Shown: piece by piece, positions 1 to 12,220 of the stretch | Numbering within the stretch: position 1 is the stretch's first letter | Layout of the letters: every line of letters begins with the position of its first letter | Assembly (NCBI GenBank): GCA_043228905.1 | Contig: JBHGNT010000003.1 | Span: 19,902,001 to 19,966,000 of the forward strand | Source: Azolla caroliniana | Taxonomy: Eukaryota > Plantae > Polypodiophyta | DNA length: 64,000 bases | Direction: 5' to 3' | Translations under genes and position numbers: made by a program | Notes under the pieces: generated by a model | What the model was told of the DNA's origin: nothing | What the model saw: the letters and a program-made list of their open reading frames with translations, nothing else | The model's database searches: none

Positions 1-641
1 GAAGACCCGATCAATTTATTTTTCTTTGGTTTTCGCTTCATTTGTCGAGTGGTGAACATCTTAGATTCTTGATGCTTGAGGTTGTGGGCAATCCTTTGGG
101 GCCATGTGATGACACTAGCTCCAATCGGGCTATCGATAACAAATTCATATTGGTTCTCTTCTTTTTCTTAGAATGATCGGGCACCGAGTGCTCTCGTCCA
201 TGACTGGGACATGATGCTTCTCATTGGAACCATGCAATGAGCTTGTGTGCTTGCTAATCCGAGGGATTTGTTGGTTGTTGTGGCAAGGGTGCTTTTGTGG
301 TGAGTGTGTCGTTGTCATTGTGCCATGCGGTCGAAATACTCATGCTTCGTTGGGCTCTCGCTCTCCATGTGTGGCCTTTGGTAGTTAAAGCACATTGGCT
401 TAGGTCTCCTTGCCCCTCCTCAATATCCTATAGGAAATCCTCATTGATCGCTTCATAAGATGTAGGCTGAGATTTGATCTCCTTCACAATTAATGAAATG
501 AGAGAGGATTTCTTTCGTCTCATCCAAGTCACGACATTGCCCCTTGTATGTAGTGTACAACATTACGCTCCAGCCAACCTAAACGTTGTCATCTCTATCA
601 CATTCGAGTTCTGCTAATGCTAATCAGGTGTCGATTCTAGG

Positions 642-670
642 GAGGGGGTGGGGGGGGGGGGGGGGGGGGG
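642..670 (+). repeat. poly-G tract, potential G-quadruplex
   Basis: Run of almost pure G about 400 bp upstream of the DHX37 ATG. Confidence 0.8.
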
Positions 671-954
671 TATCGGGTGGACTGGTCTAGGGGGGTGACC
701 TTGGATGTTCAATGAGTGGTCCTTGCCCGAGCCTGCCCCTTGGGGAATTGCCATCAATTAATTGTCTTGTGCGTTGTTCGCAAAGTGAAGAATGTGTTAC
801 TCGGAGCGGAACCAAGAGGGTCTTGGATGAGGATCATCCATCATCACGATCACCACCACCACCATCGTCATCATCATATGATGGCCCCAAGGGCTCTACT
901 ATGCAGATATATGTACATACATAATAATGTCTTCATGGTTTACCTATCCGATTA

Positions 955-967
955 AAACCCTAGGGTT
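955..967 (+). promoter_or_regulatory. telo-box AAACCCTA within palindrome AACCCTAGGGTT
   Basis: About 100 bp upstream of the DHX37 ATG. Telo-boxes are known to be enriched in promoters of plant ribosome-biogenesis genes. Confidence 0.5.
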
Positions 968-1059
968 CACAGTTAATACATAATGCACACAGACCTGAAT
1001 GAACTCAGTTGAGTAAGACAGGCAGGAACGAAGAAGGCAGAGGCAGAATCTCTACTCCC

Positions 1060-4000
1060 ATGGCTGCTTCTGCAGAGTCTGCAGATGTAAAGCGCGTGCC
1101 GATCGACGAGGACCATGGCGATGACATCATCATATTGCCTGACCGCAGGAAGAAGAAGACGAGCTTGAAGGTAACCTCTCTCTCTCTCTCTCTCTCTTAT
1201 TTTGTTTTTCGTTCTCTCCGTTTCTTCTTCTCGTTGTGTTGTTAGAACGTTTTTCGATGATTGTATCGAAATCAAACAAATTTTTTTCTGTTTCTCTTTC
1301 TCGTTGTGTTGTTAGAACCAATTGTGTCCACAACTAAAGGCCACTCCTCGTCTGTCCAAGAATCAACAGAGAAAACTAAAGAAATTGAAGGTATGTGATA
1401 ATGCTTGGCCTATAATGCTACGTTATGTCAATTTGATTTTCTTTCTTTCCTGAATGAAAAATATTAGAAGAAAATAGCTATTTTAGGCATTTAAGCAGAA
1501 AAAAAGAAGGCAAACGAAAAGATGCTATTTGTGCCACGTTATGATGTAACATGCACGCAGGAGAAGGAAATAAGGCAAAATCACACATAATATTATATGC
1601 TGATTTTAGCTGTATGATCACATTTACCTGGACAACATTTGTCTTTTTGTTTCTGTAGGAAGAAAAGGAGAAGAAGTTTAAAAGCGTGGAAGTATTTGCT
1701 ACTCTTGAGTATCCTGACATAATTCTAAACATTTGTAAGGAATTTATTGGCCTTATGCTCATTATCATTTGATAAATTGGATGTTCCAATGACAACTCTT
1801 ATGTAAGTTTTATGAAGGTTTGTTTAGAGCTGTTGTCAACTTCATCATATGTAGGTTTTCCAGGTTAAAATTTTTGTAAGCTCCAATCCAAATCAATTCA
1901 TTATTCATTTTGAAACAGCCTTAACAAATGCTTCAGAAAGTACAAGCTAGCAGAAGATGCCTATGCATTGTTGCATAAATCTGGTACACGTGGGCAGGTT
2001 AGCATGTAGAAAAGTATCTTCTATATTCTTTCTGATATAGAAAATTACCATTCGTAACATGCTCTTTCATATTTATAGAGAGAGAGCATGAGGGAGAAGC
2101 TTCGGAGGGCCATGAATTATGCACGTGCAGGATTACAAGTTCCATCAGAAGTTCCTCTTTTACGTGAAAGGACTGAAGAAATTGAAGATATTGAGATTGA
2201 TGGAACAATGAAGAATTCTGCAGTGAATGGAGATAATAACAAGGAATTGAAATATTTTGTATCCCAGGACACAGATTGTGAAGATAAGGCTCAGATTCTC
2301 GATTCCATAACAAACACGGAAAAACAAACTCTGTTGGATTTATCATCAAGAGCTGAGTATGGTGTTGGTCACTTCAGTGACAAAACCATTGGAGAGAACC
2401 CCACCAAAGAAATTGTATTATCAGCAAAGAAATCGAAAAGAGCTCATATGGAGATTGAAACATGCAACACTGGTGATGTTAAGGAGAAAAGAACTGCATT
2501 TAAAAAAATGAAAAAGCGGCAAAAAGACGCACAGGAAAATACCAGATCAGTTTCAGATAATGCTCAGCAACTTGCAAAAATTGCAGAACCTTCATCATCA
2601 GAAAATGAAGCTAGAAGAGATAATATGAATAATGGAAGGTGCAACTCTGATGAGGTTAAGGAGACAAAATCTACATCTAACAAGAAGAAAAAGAGAAGAA
2701 AAGACACAAGTATTCCATCCCCTGATGGCATGATTAATGCAACAAATCGAAATGCCATGTCAGAATCTGATAATGCTCAGAATACAAGGATTTGTGAAAC
2801 TGCTAAAGCTGCTGGTTACAATTTACATAGAAGCCCGAACGTAGTTGTGCATGTTGCTAGAACTGAGGAGGTAGAAAATTCTAGGCAAAAGCTTCCAATA
2901 ATAATGATGGAGCAAGAGATTATGGAAGCAATTGTTGAAAATCCGACTACTATTATTTGTGGTGAGACGGGCTGTGGTAAGACAACCCAAGTTCCACAGG
3001 TAGCTGCTGATGTTCATAGTTATCTTGTTAAAAATCTTCATAGGTATCTATATTTCTTTTGTCTCCATTGCAGTTTTTATATGAGGCTGGATTTTCTTCC
3101 AATGCTGTGGTTGAGAGATCTGGAATGATTGGAGTAACACAACCTCGAAGGGTTGCAGTTATTGCAACAGCAAAGAGGTTATCGCATGAAATGAACCTAA
3201 AACTTGGCCAGGAAGTGGGCTTTCAAGTTCGGCATGATAAACAGGTTGGAGGAAATACCTGTATCAAGTTCATGACAGATGGCATCTTGCTTAGAGAAGT
3301 GCAGGTCAGCTTGACACATTATATAATCTTTTTGTATTATCATATCCTGTGTATTATATAGAATCTTTCTGTATCGTCATATCTTCTGTATTCCATATAA
3401 TCTTTGTAACGTTTTATGTAATCTTTCTGTATTATATAATCATTATACTTTCTAATGTCTAAGATGTCACTTTTACTATCAAAATATTGGTGCTCATGGA
3501 AATTTATACTGTCTATTGGGCATCATTGTATCAGGAGTCCTTTAAAATTTCCTCCATTTTGTTCTGGTGAGTTTAGGGCAACTTTTGCTCACTGAGTCAC
3601 TTCCGAATAGTGCCAAAAATAGGACCCACAGTTCTTGCACCTTTGTTTGTTTCATTTTGCTGTGCTCGGATCCAATTTGTTGACATCCTTTTTGAGCCAA
3701 CAAAAAGAAGGGACTGAAACAATGTTTTTGTTTTATAAATGTTTAAACATAAGAGAGATTGTACTTCTTTTCGTCTTGGCATATAAGCATTCCATAAAAC
3801 GTTTAATGGACGTTGTTAAAGGTACAAAGGTCTTCATTGCTAGATTCTACCATTTGTGGTGGAAATATGAGGCGTGAGATTTAACTGCAGTTTCTCAATG
3901 TAGGATCTATCCCAATAGCCCAATTTCTTGGCCTCGTAGTATTCAAATCTTTGATACATATTATCAGAAGTAATGTGTGATGTGAGCTAAACATATAGGA

Positions 4001-7000
4001 ATGAATCAGAAAGAATTGCCCTGTGCAGTATGGAGCTACAAATTAACTTCATCAATATTGAGTTGTGGCTGGTTGAGGGTTTTTACGTGTAGTAAAATGA
4101 GCCAGTACTTTTATGAAGAGAATGCATACAAAGGAGAGTGTGAGTGAGCAAGGGTTTACACACATAGAGATAGAGATAGATAGATAGATAAGAGTATTAG
4201 AGATAGAGAGAGTATTAGAGAGTATACGTATACACTTGCATATACATGTGCTAACGCAGGGAAACTTGTGGAGGTTAACCTGGCTAAAGAACATTAGAAG
4301 ATGAACATACCCTATAGTTGTCACCTTCAGCAAAAAGGAATACAACCACACACACACTCCCCAAAATAATTGTTGGGGATAAAGACCCGAAGGACTTCCC
4401 TTTTGTGTAGATTTTGACCCTTCCACGTGAAAGCTCAATTCAAGATCTTTCTATTTTTGGTCCCAATTTGGGGAGTTATAGGCATTTACATTATCGTTAT
4501 AACTTTTGGTCATTGGTCATGTGTGAACGTGCCCAAATGATCCAAAAGTTTATTATCAATAAGAATTGATCCCAAATCTCATAAAGGAGACAGGGATTTT
4601 AGCGACTAGGGTTTCCTCTTCATTTTTCTTGCACAGTTTTCTCTACTTTCTCTCTCCTCACAACAGCCTACTCCCTTGGTGTTTTGGAGCAACTGACCAC
4701 ACCATCACATCTCTCTATCAATAGTGACAGGTCCCCATGAGTCAGAGTATTTCTTTATCATTTGAGTAGAAAAGGAACTGAATCTAGTTTCCAAATGGTG
4801 TAATTAGGATGTTCCAGATGGTTGATTTCAATGTTTTTTCTCCACTATGGTCATTTGACTTCTGTGTTATTGGAGGATTGTACAGGCAGAGATTGGGTTT
4901 TGTTGCAGAGATGGTAGTAAGAGTTTTGAGTCCCTTATGATCACATCTTGTATTTATGCAGTCTGTGAATTAGTCCCTGTGAATGGTGAACAACACTTGG
5001 GTGAACCCAAATGCCAATGTCTTACTTAGGTATGAGAATCCTACATTCCACTTGTGTTCGAGACCAGCATTCGAAGGCCTTTCTTGAAATCTCTGTTAAA
5101 CTGCACAGGGGTTTGTGTTTCTTGGTTCTTAGTAAAATGGGCTGCTTTGTGCAAGAGGAAGGATTGACTCTTAATGAAAGAAATTGCTGGACAGGTTGTT
5201 ATGCTGTTATAAGAGGCTCTTCATTCTAATCTTCAATTTGGATACAATGATCTAAGTGACAATTTCTAAATAAAAATTTCATTATCTAATTCCTTATCTT
5301 TTTTTATCAGTCAGATTTCCTGTTGAGAAAATATTCAGTCATAGTTCTTGATGAAGCACATGAGAGAAGTCTTAATACTGATGTTCTCATCGGCATGCTG
5401 TCAAGGGTGTTGCCACTACGTCAGGTATACATATTTTCTAATGGGTAAACAGCCCAAAAGGCTGCTGAATGGGAATGATTCCTTTTTGTGTCTATTTCTT
5501 GTTTATTAGTATACATATACTTATTGTAAGGAAGTAGAAGATAGAATGTCAGTTTTCTGAAATATGTAAAGGCCGAGATATAGGAATGAAAACAATTATG
5601 GGGTTTAACACATAGGAGGGATTAAAGAAGTAGACACAATTCTGCAAAACAAAAGCCTACCGCTTAAAATGAGAATATACAAGGTTGGAGTGCACACACA
5701 CACACACAGACATATATGTGCTATCCAAGATAGATAGATAGATAGATACATACATATACATACATACATTTATATGTATATATATGTGCTATCCAAGATA
5801 CATACAATATGCTCTTAGAAGAAGAGCTTTAAATGCTGTTATGACAGCTAAGTCATGGCCTCATAAATACATATTTAATGCTGAGTGGAATCTAGTACAA
5901 GGATTCCATTCAAACTACAAAATATTCTTTTAAAAGTAGTAGTACAGCTCTGAAAACGAGACTGTACAACTTTAACAAAAATTAGAAAATATTATATAAT
6001 ATAAACTTGTTTTTTCAGTTTAGTTAGAGAAACCTACACGGCCTTTAATCCCAACAACCTCCCACTTAAAGGAACTAGATTACTCTACTATACAACTCTC
6101 ACTCGCTCAAAATAGTGTTGGTGAAGTGTCTTTGATAAACACTTCGTTAAACAATCTGCCGGATTCTTGGTGGTATCAATCTTTACTGTTTGGATTTGAC
6201 CATCCTCTACCACCTCTCTAATGAAGTGATAGCGAATCACAATATTTTTGGTCCTTGTGTGGTAAACAGGGCTCTTTGCCAAACACATGGCGCTTCAGCT
6301 ATCACAATGTAGGACTGGAATTTGCTTTGGGAGTCCAAGCTCGCTACACAAGAGAGTTAACCAAGTGGCATCCTTTGAAGCCTCTGTAGCTGAGATATAC
6401 TCAGCTTCTGTAGTAGAGAGTGCAACGCGCTTTGTTGCAGCCTTGAACACCATGAAATAGTTCCCCTTGCAAGAGTATAGATATAGACATAAGTAGATTT
6501 TCTTGTCTATATCTCCAGCCATATCAGAATCACAATAGCCATGAAGGTTCAAGTTCCGTTTGCCATAACAAATGCTTTTTTCTTGGTGCCTTTGGGATAT
6601 CTAATGATAGACTTGACTGCAGTTCAATGGCTTTGTCTAGGTTGACTCATGAATCTGCTTACTACTCCTACTACACATACAATATCAGGTCGCGTTGATA
6701 CCATTGCAAACATCAGTGACCCACAAGCTGAAGCATATGGGCTAGCCTGCATTTTTTTTGTTTCCTTTTTTCTTTGGGATGATGTGCTTTTGAAAGCTTT
6801 TCTTGTGATTGAAGAGGCACTGAAGATGGCTTTGCATCAATCATCTGAAATCTTTCCAATACCTTCTCCATGTACTTCCCTTGAGACACAAATAGTAACT
6901 TCATGAGATGGAAGTGAATGTGGTGTCCCTAAAGAGTCCCAATTGGAATGCGGTCTGGGAGTGAGTCATGATCGAGGTTGGCACAAACATGAGGATTTAG

Positions 7001-10000
7001 GACCCAAGAAGGGAACCAGTCCCAATTGCGGTTCAAGTCCCAATCCCAAAGAAGGGGTTCCACCCTTGAGTTGGGACTACCTGTTCCAATCTGAGTTGCG
7101 ACTGGTAGTCTCGAGCTCTTCCCTTGGCGACTCTTCCACCTTTTGTCTTTGGGAGTCACTAAAGAAAGACAGATGAGGCATCAATGACCCACAAGCTGAA
7201 GCATATGGGATAGCCTGCATTTTTTTTGTTTCCTTTTGTCTTTGGGATGATGTGCTTTTAAAAGCTTTTCTTGTGATTGAAGAGGCACTGAAGATGGCTT
7301 TGCATCAGTCATCTGCAATCTTTCCAATATCTTCTCCATGTACTTCCCTTTAGACTCAAATAGTAACTTCTTTTGCCAGTCCCGCCTTATCCCAAGAATG
7401 TGTTCAGCGTTTCCAGGATCTTTCATAGAAAATGCAGATTTGAGTTTGCATTTTAATTCTTGCAAACTCCTCTCATGCTTTCCTGCAATGAGCATAACAT
7501 CAACATACAAAACCAAAATAATAGGACTGCCATTAGTTTCCTTTCTCATATAGAGACAAGCATCTGTAGTACTTCAATTGAAGCTATTTGAGAGCATGAA
7601 AGAATCAAATTTTGTACACCAAAGATGTGGGGCTTGTTTCAGCCCATAGAGGCTGCGTCAAAGTTTACAAACTAAATGCTCTTTTCTTGGAATCGGGAAC
7701 CTCTCAGGCTGCAACATATAAAGTTCCTCATCTAGGCTACCACGAAGGGAAGCCATCTTTACATCCATTTGATACGCGGAAAATGAAAAAAGGCCTAGAT
7801 TTGGTTCCAAATCTAATGGGTTATCTTCTTGTTGTAGTTAAGCAGTTATTTCTTCATTTGTAGGTGGTTGTATTTGATCTTCATCCTTCAGGGTTTAAAA
7901 TTTCTATGTTTTGCTGTCCATCTTCTTCTGGCAATATAACTGGTTTTTAGATCTCTACTTGTTCATCATCACCCTGAGATGTTATTCTTGAGTCAATGGT
8001 TGGCTGTTGCTGAAATTTCACTCTTTTTGTTGATTCTAATATTTGGCTATTTTACTATCTATTGATGGTGCTTATTTTGGGATATCAGACTTTATATGAG
8101 GAACATATCAAGTCAGGTGAAGCTGCTGTTTTCCCACTGAAACTTGTGATTATGAGTGCTACACTACGAGTAGATGAATTCGTGGCAAACAAGGGCCTGT
8201 TTCCTTGTCCGCCTCCTGTGGTGCAGGTACCTGCTAGACAATTTCCTGTGACAGTTCATTTCTCAGCCAAGACAGAGTTGGTTGACTATGTGGGTAAATC
8301 TTACAAGAAGGTTTGTGCAATCCATAAGAACCTTCCACCAGGGGGTGTGCTTGTGTTCCTTACTGGCCAAGCAGAAGTGCATTACCTTTGCAAGAGGCTT
8401 GAGAATGCTTTTCCAAAAAACGATGGGAAGAATAAAACGAATGAAACTTCTGGAGATGATCAGGATAATTTAATAGATGAGTTGGATGATTCTCAACCTT
8501 ATGAACGCGATGATGAAATGGAAAGAGAAGAGAATTGGGATATGGCAGAAATGGTCAACGATTCCAGTTCAGAAAGTGAACTTGAATTCTCAGAAGAAGA
8601 GAATACATTAGATGCTAAACATGAGTTTCATTCAGATTGGAATGCTAATGTACAAGACGGTTTGTGCTTGGATGCGATCAAAGATGCATTTGATGCATTT
8701 ACTGGCACAAGAAAGACAGATGAGGCATTCACATCTTCAACTCTAAAGAAAGATAGAACTCCTGTTGTTGCTGGACCATTGCATGTGCTGCCACTGTATG
8801 CCCTGTTACCGGCATCCTCACAGCTCAAGGTATTTGGGGCTGTTCCAGAGGGATCACGATTAGTCGTAGTTGCAACAAATGTTGCCGAAACTTCCATCAC
8901 CATACCTGGGATACGGTATGTTGTGGATTGTGGCCGAGCTAAAGAAAAGTTCTATGAACGAGCAAGTGGTATTGCAAAGTATGAGGTTGGGTGGATAAGC
9001 AAGGCATCAGCAGCTCAACGGGCTGGTAGAGCAGGGCGGACAGGTCCTGGACACTGCTATCGTCTTTATTCATCGGCCATTTTCAATGACACCTTCACTC
9101 AGTTCACGCAGCCAGAAATTAGTCGAGCTCCAATTGAAGGACTTGTTCTTCTTTTGAAGTGTATGGGAATCATGAAGGTATAATCATTTTGTCGTTTAAG
9201 TGAGTAATGAGAACTAATAAAACCTAAATATGTTTTTCATTGAATGTCGTGAGGTTATTTGCAGGTGAAGAACTTTCCCTTTCTATCTCAACCTGATAAA
9301 ACAGCCCTTACTGAAGCTGAGCAGTGCCTCCATGCTCTGTCAGCACTGGACACTAACTCGGGCCTTTTAACACCTCTAGGACGGGCTATTGCATTGTTTC
9401 CGATTGGTCCACGTCATGCCAGAATGCTACTTACTGTAATGCAAATTGGGTGCCCTTCTGATGTAAAAGAAGCAAATTTGTTGTTGGCCTTAGCAGCTGC
9501 TACTGTAGCTGCTCTAAGCTTGGACTCTCCGTTTGTGACAAATAGGAATGCTGAAGAGGGGTCTGAAAAACAGAAGATAGAAGCAACAAAGGTTGGAAAT
9601 AGTACGCCTATAAGAAAACTACCTAAAAAATTAATCTCTTATACTAATTACAGACATCCTTTGAGTGATGCTCTCAGCATAGTCAGGGCGTTACGTGCAT
9701 ATGAATTTTCTAGTGATCCAGAGGGATTCTGCACGGTACAGCATATGCATGCTCGGATACTGTATGAGATGTCGAAATTGAGGAAACAACTTATACACAT
9801 ATACATTACATTTAGCAAAGGTGGAGACAAACTAGGAATTCCTACAAATAATGAAATGAATGTAACAGATGTGGAGGTTGAATGGAAAGCAGCACTTGGG
9901 GATGACAACATTAGTAAGAAGCATGAGCAAGTGTTGAGACAAGCCATATGTGCAGGTTGGGCTGATAGACTAGCACGAAAGGTGAGTGTACAAGATTTGA

Positions 10001-10707
10001 TAAGGAGCACAGACGATAAGGAAGAGCAACGAAAACACAAGGGAACCCAATATCAAGCATGCAGTACACAAGAGAGAGTCTATATTCATCCTTCTTCATC
10101 TTTAAGAAAAAGTGCACCTGAATTTGTTGTCTATAATGAACTGATCAGCACATCTAGGCTTTACATGAAGATGGTAACTAGTGTAGATGCCCAATGGCCT
10201 GTTATACATGCAAAAACATTGTGCACATTTTCGAAGCCATTGTCAGATCCACCTCCTTGGTATGATCCATTTTCAGATGATATATACTGTTGGGTGTCAC
10301 CAAGTTTCGGTCCCCACTTGTGGCAGCTTCCATTGCATAAATTTCCTTTAAAGAGTAAGAAGCATCGAGTTGCTGTTTTTGCATGTGCCCTTTTACAAGG
10401 CAAAGTGTTTCCTGGCCTACTGGAATTGTGTCCACATCTAGCAGCTGATCCGGCTACTTTACTTTTACCTGCCAGTAACACGCAGAAACGTGTCAGTGAA
10501 TTATTGCACCCTTTGGAAGTTGCCTCAGTAGATAGTCGTTACAAGCTGAAAATTATGTGGGATATTCAACCTGATTTTCTTTTTGAGGAGATACTTTTGT
10601 GGGTACAGAAGAAGTCCCATTCACAATTGAAAATGATCTGGGAAGTTCTGAAATCAGAAGTCCAAAAGAGTGCAAAGGAGCTTTTTCCAAAGAAAACGAA
10701 GAAATAA
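1060..10707 (+). CDS. DHX37: DEAH-box ATP-dependent RNA helicase DHX37/DEAH13 (Dhr1-like, SSU processome), 9 coding exons
   Basis: Exons 1060-1170, 1316-1390, 1659-1708, 1937-1997, 2079-2999, 3074-3304, 5311-5424, 8089-9177, 9265-10707 join in frame with GT-AG ends. Motifs [61 protein letters not shown], then HA2/OB-fold. N-terminal [18 protein letters not shown] is typical of DHX37. Confidence 0.93.
1709..1936 (+). other. U12-type (minor spliceosome) GT-AG intron in DHX37
   Basis: 5' splice site GTATCCTG. Branch site CCTTAAC at 1919-1925, ending 11 nt before the end of the intron. No real polypyrimidine tract. The join gives GA+A = Glu in TLEKYKL. Confidence 0.8.
5525..7785 (-). mobile_element. 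Degenerate, 5'-truncated Ty1/copia LTR retrotransposon in DHX37 intron 7
   Basis: Minus-strand RT/RNaseH remnants ([59 protein letters not shown]). PPT-like AGTGGGAGG next to a putative TG..CA 3' LTR at about 5525-6056. Confidence 0.8.
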
Positions 10708-12220
10708 TAGAATTTGGCATTCTGCTATCTGATCTAGGGTCTGAAAGACCAAAATTCTTCAGGAAAGATGTCTTTGTGTGTGGTCGGGAGCTGCCATCCA
10801 TAACTGAAAGACTTCGGAGAAGTGTGAAATGAAAAGCCACAGATAACCTATTTGGTATTAAAAGGACATAATATGAATTAAGAATTCTTCATGTTCGTTC
10901 ACTTTTATTGAGGTCGTACTAGTTTTGGTTTGTTTTGAGGACAATGTGCAAAGAGTTGCCAGAGCAAGAATGGGAACTAGTTTGCATCATGAATTCTTCA
11001 TGGTCATTTTAATTGAAGTTGTCTTTGGTTTGATTGGAAGACGATAGACAAAAAGGCGTCAGAGCTAGACTCTGAAAAAGTCAAACCTCCCATAGGAATT
11101 GCTTTATGGATTGAAAGGAACTGACAGGCATAACTGGAAATTCCTGAAAAGTTTGAATAGAGGAGTTAAAATGTGCAAACAGTTGCCAGATCAAGAATGT
11201 GCATCATGAATTCTCCATGTGCTCCCGGGTGTCCATTTATCATACAAACCTCTGAAATAGAGTGCTTTGAACACTTCTTTTGATTTGAAGTATACACAAT
11301 TGTCAGAGCCAGAAGAGGAGATGATAAGGATGAAAATCATCAAATAAAATAAGTGAAATGCAAGAACATTTTGAGCATATTCTATTGGGAGATATGTTTA
11401 TTCACTTTACAGAAGATAATGTTTAATTACATAAATTTTGAATCTTATGGTTATAATACATTATGTAGTCGACATCAATGAGAGCTTCATAGTTTATGTA
11501 TAACATCAAATTCTTGTATGGTAGCATCATCTGAGTAGTAACTACATAAGTTGCATGCATGGATGGGTATTGTCCAGCAAATGCAATGAATCAACTTATG
11601 GGATAAATTAAGTATTTAAAGTTTTGCAGCTTGACAAGTCACTGTAAAAGCAGACCAATGGAGTACTCAGGTTCACAAGAAACCAATTACCAAGTTTCCT
11701 GTGGGTATTAAAGGATGCCAAGAGGCCCCATATTTTAATAAGAATCTAGTGCATTGTGGTGGTGGTGTACACATCAAATCCATAGAGTCAACTGAATGTT
11801 TTTAGCCTGATATGGAGATTATCAATTATGACAAATCATAGTGTCTATGTTGAAACTCATTGCCATGACGTAGAAATTTTGATTATTTTGGAATGATCAT
11901 GGCTATCCCTTTGCCAGTATTACAATAATGCACCTTGAGCCTGATCCATAGTACACCTACATAGAATTTATCAATGTAAGCTCCATTCTACAAATCGTTG
12001 TTCGAGAAGCTTCTGCATTTAACATGACAACCACACATATTTGAATGGCTTGGTGTCACATACAAAGTTTTTCCATACCAGATGTACCTAACCTGGAAGA
12101 ATCTCTTTCTTTTTAAACTCCTAGTATGAGTCATTCCAACTTTTCTCAAGTATGCCCCAACATGAATTAACAAATCGATTTCACTCAAAGTCAACCGCAA
12201 CATTCTGTGTCCATCTTTTT

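Noticed and set aside
4060-4800. Possible solo LTR in DHX37 intron 6
   Set aside because: The texture is LTR-like, but I could not establish termini, a TSD or a second copy.
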